A stretch of 64,000 bases of DNA, from assembly GCA_964016885.1 (NCBI GenBank), contig OZ024741.1:329654001-329718000 (forward strand), written 5' to 3'. This document shows, in pieces, positions 63,293 through 64,000 of the stretch. Every line of letters begins with the position of its first letter. Positions within the stretch are counted from its first letter, which is position 1. The notes under the pieces were generated by a model. The model made no database searches and was not told the origin of the DNA. It worked only from the letters and a program-made list of their open reading frames with translations. Source of the stretch: Eledone cirrhosa. Lineage: Eukaryota. The translations under genes were made by a program, and so were the position numbers.

Positions 63293-64000
63293 CTTTCTGT
63301 CAGTAATTTAGAATGGTAGATAGTATCAGCAATGGAAAGACCAATGGAAACTGTTTCCTTGGTTCAATTTGACAAGTTCCACCCCACCCAGTAAGTGAAT
63401 GAGGTCTGGGATCTTGTTCATCATTCCATTATATTATAAGTAAAATCCACTCTGTTGCAGTCCCCTGAGCAATGTTTGGGATTACATTGCTCTTTCCCTC
63501 TTATCAGCCATGGATACCCTGACTAAAGTAAAAAAATAAATAAATAAAATCTAAAACTGAGATCGCTGAGACACGTTCACAACTTAAAACATTCATAGTG
63601 TGATTTATATTTCAAATGGTTCAGGATGGGTTTGTTTGGGGTTAACACTGATTGCAGAAATTTTCGGTTTGTTAGGTGAGATAGAGCTCTAGCATTTAAA
63701 AAAATATATATCTGTTAGTCATGGAATTGGGTCTGGTTGGTGTAGATTATTACACAATGGGAGTCATAGTTACTGCAGATAATAAGTATTGTTTATTATT
63801 ATACAGAAACTGCATAATATGACATCTGCAGCTTGAATCTAGTATAGACATTTAGTTTGTAATTGGCTTTGGTTTAATGAGTGTATTAGTTACGAGTTTG
63901 GCATTCGATGGTCTTATCCCCTTATTTTTGGCTTTGTTTTTGGAGTGTATTATTTACATATTGAGACATTCGGTGATTACTTTGCATTTGCTCAAGGAGG

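Noticed and set aside
63415-63525. Possible minus-strand terminal exon (GYPWLIRGKEQCNPKHC...) after a pyrimidine tract and AG
   Set aside because: Short, unrecognised and without partner exons; needs transcript evidence.

Overview
AT-rich, gene-free animal sequence made almost entirely of transposable elements and microsatellite. The SINE/MITE motifs and (TA)n content suggest an octopus/cephalopod genome (inference, not verified). No host gene can be supported. The core (~12.9-45.9 kb) is a ~33-kb (TA)n-derived array holding young RTE LINEs (two families), CR1-type LINE pieces, RTE-tailed tRNA SINEs, five copies of a ~610-bp non-autonomous RTE derivative and a 200-N gap. The flanks hold decayed RTE/CR1 LINEs, a deleted Helitron, several MITEs and SINEs. 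The very long Tyr-Ile ORFs are artefacts of (TA)n. Notable signals: (1) six minimal type-I hammerhead ribozyme motifs (one with a core mutation) inside short non-coding, fold-back, Penelope/retrozyme-like elements; (2) the strand polarity of the variant microsatellite tracts matches the orientation of the adjacent RTE-type 3' end in 12 of 12 informative cases, hinting that insertion seeds the arrays; (3) a possible degenerate HDV-like ribozyme at the 5' end of the RTE derivative. All alignments were done by eye; boundaries of decayed elements are approximate.
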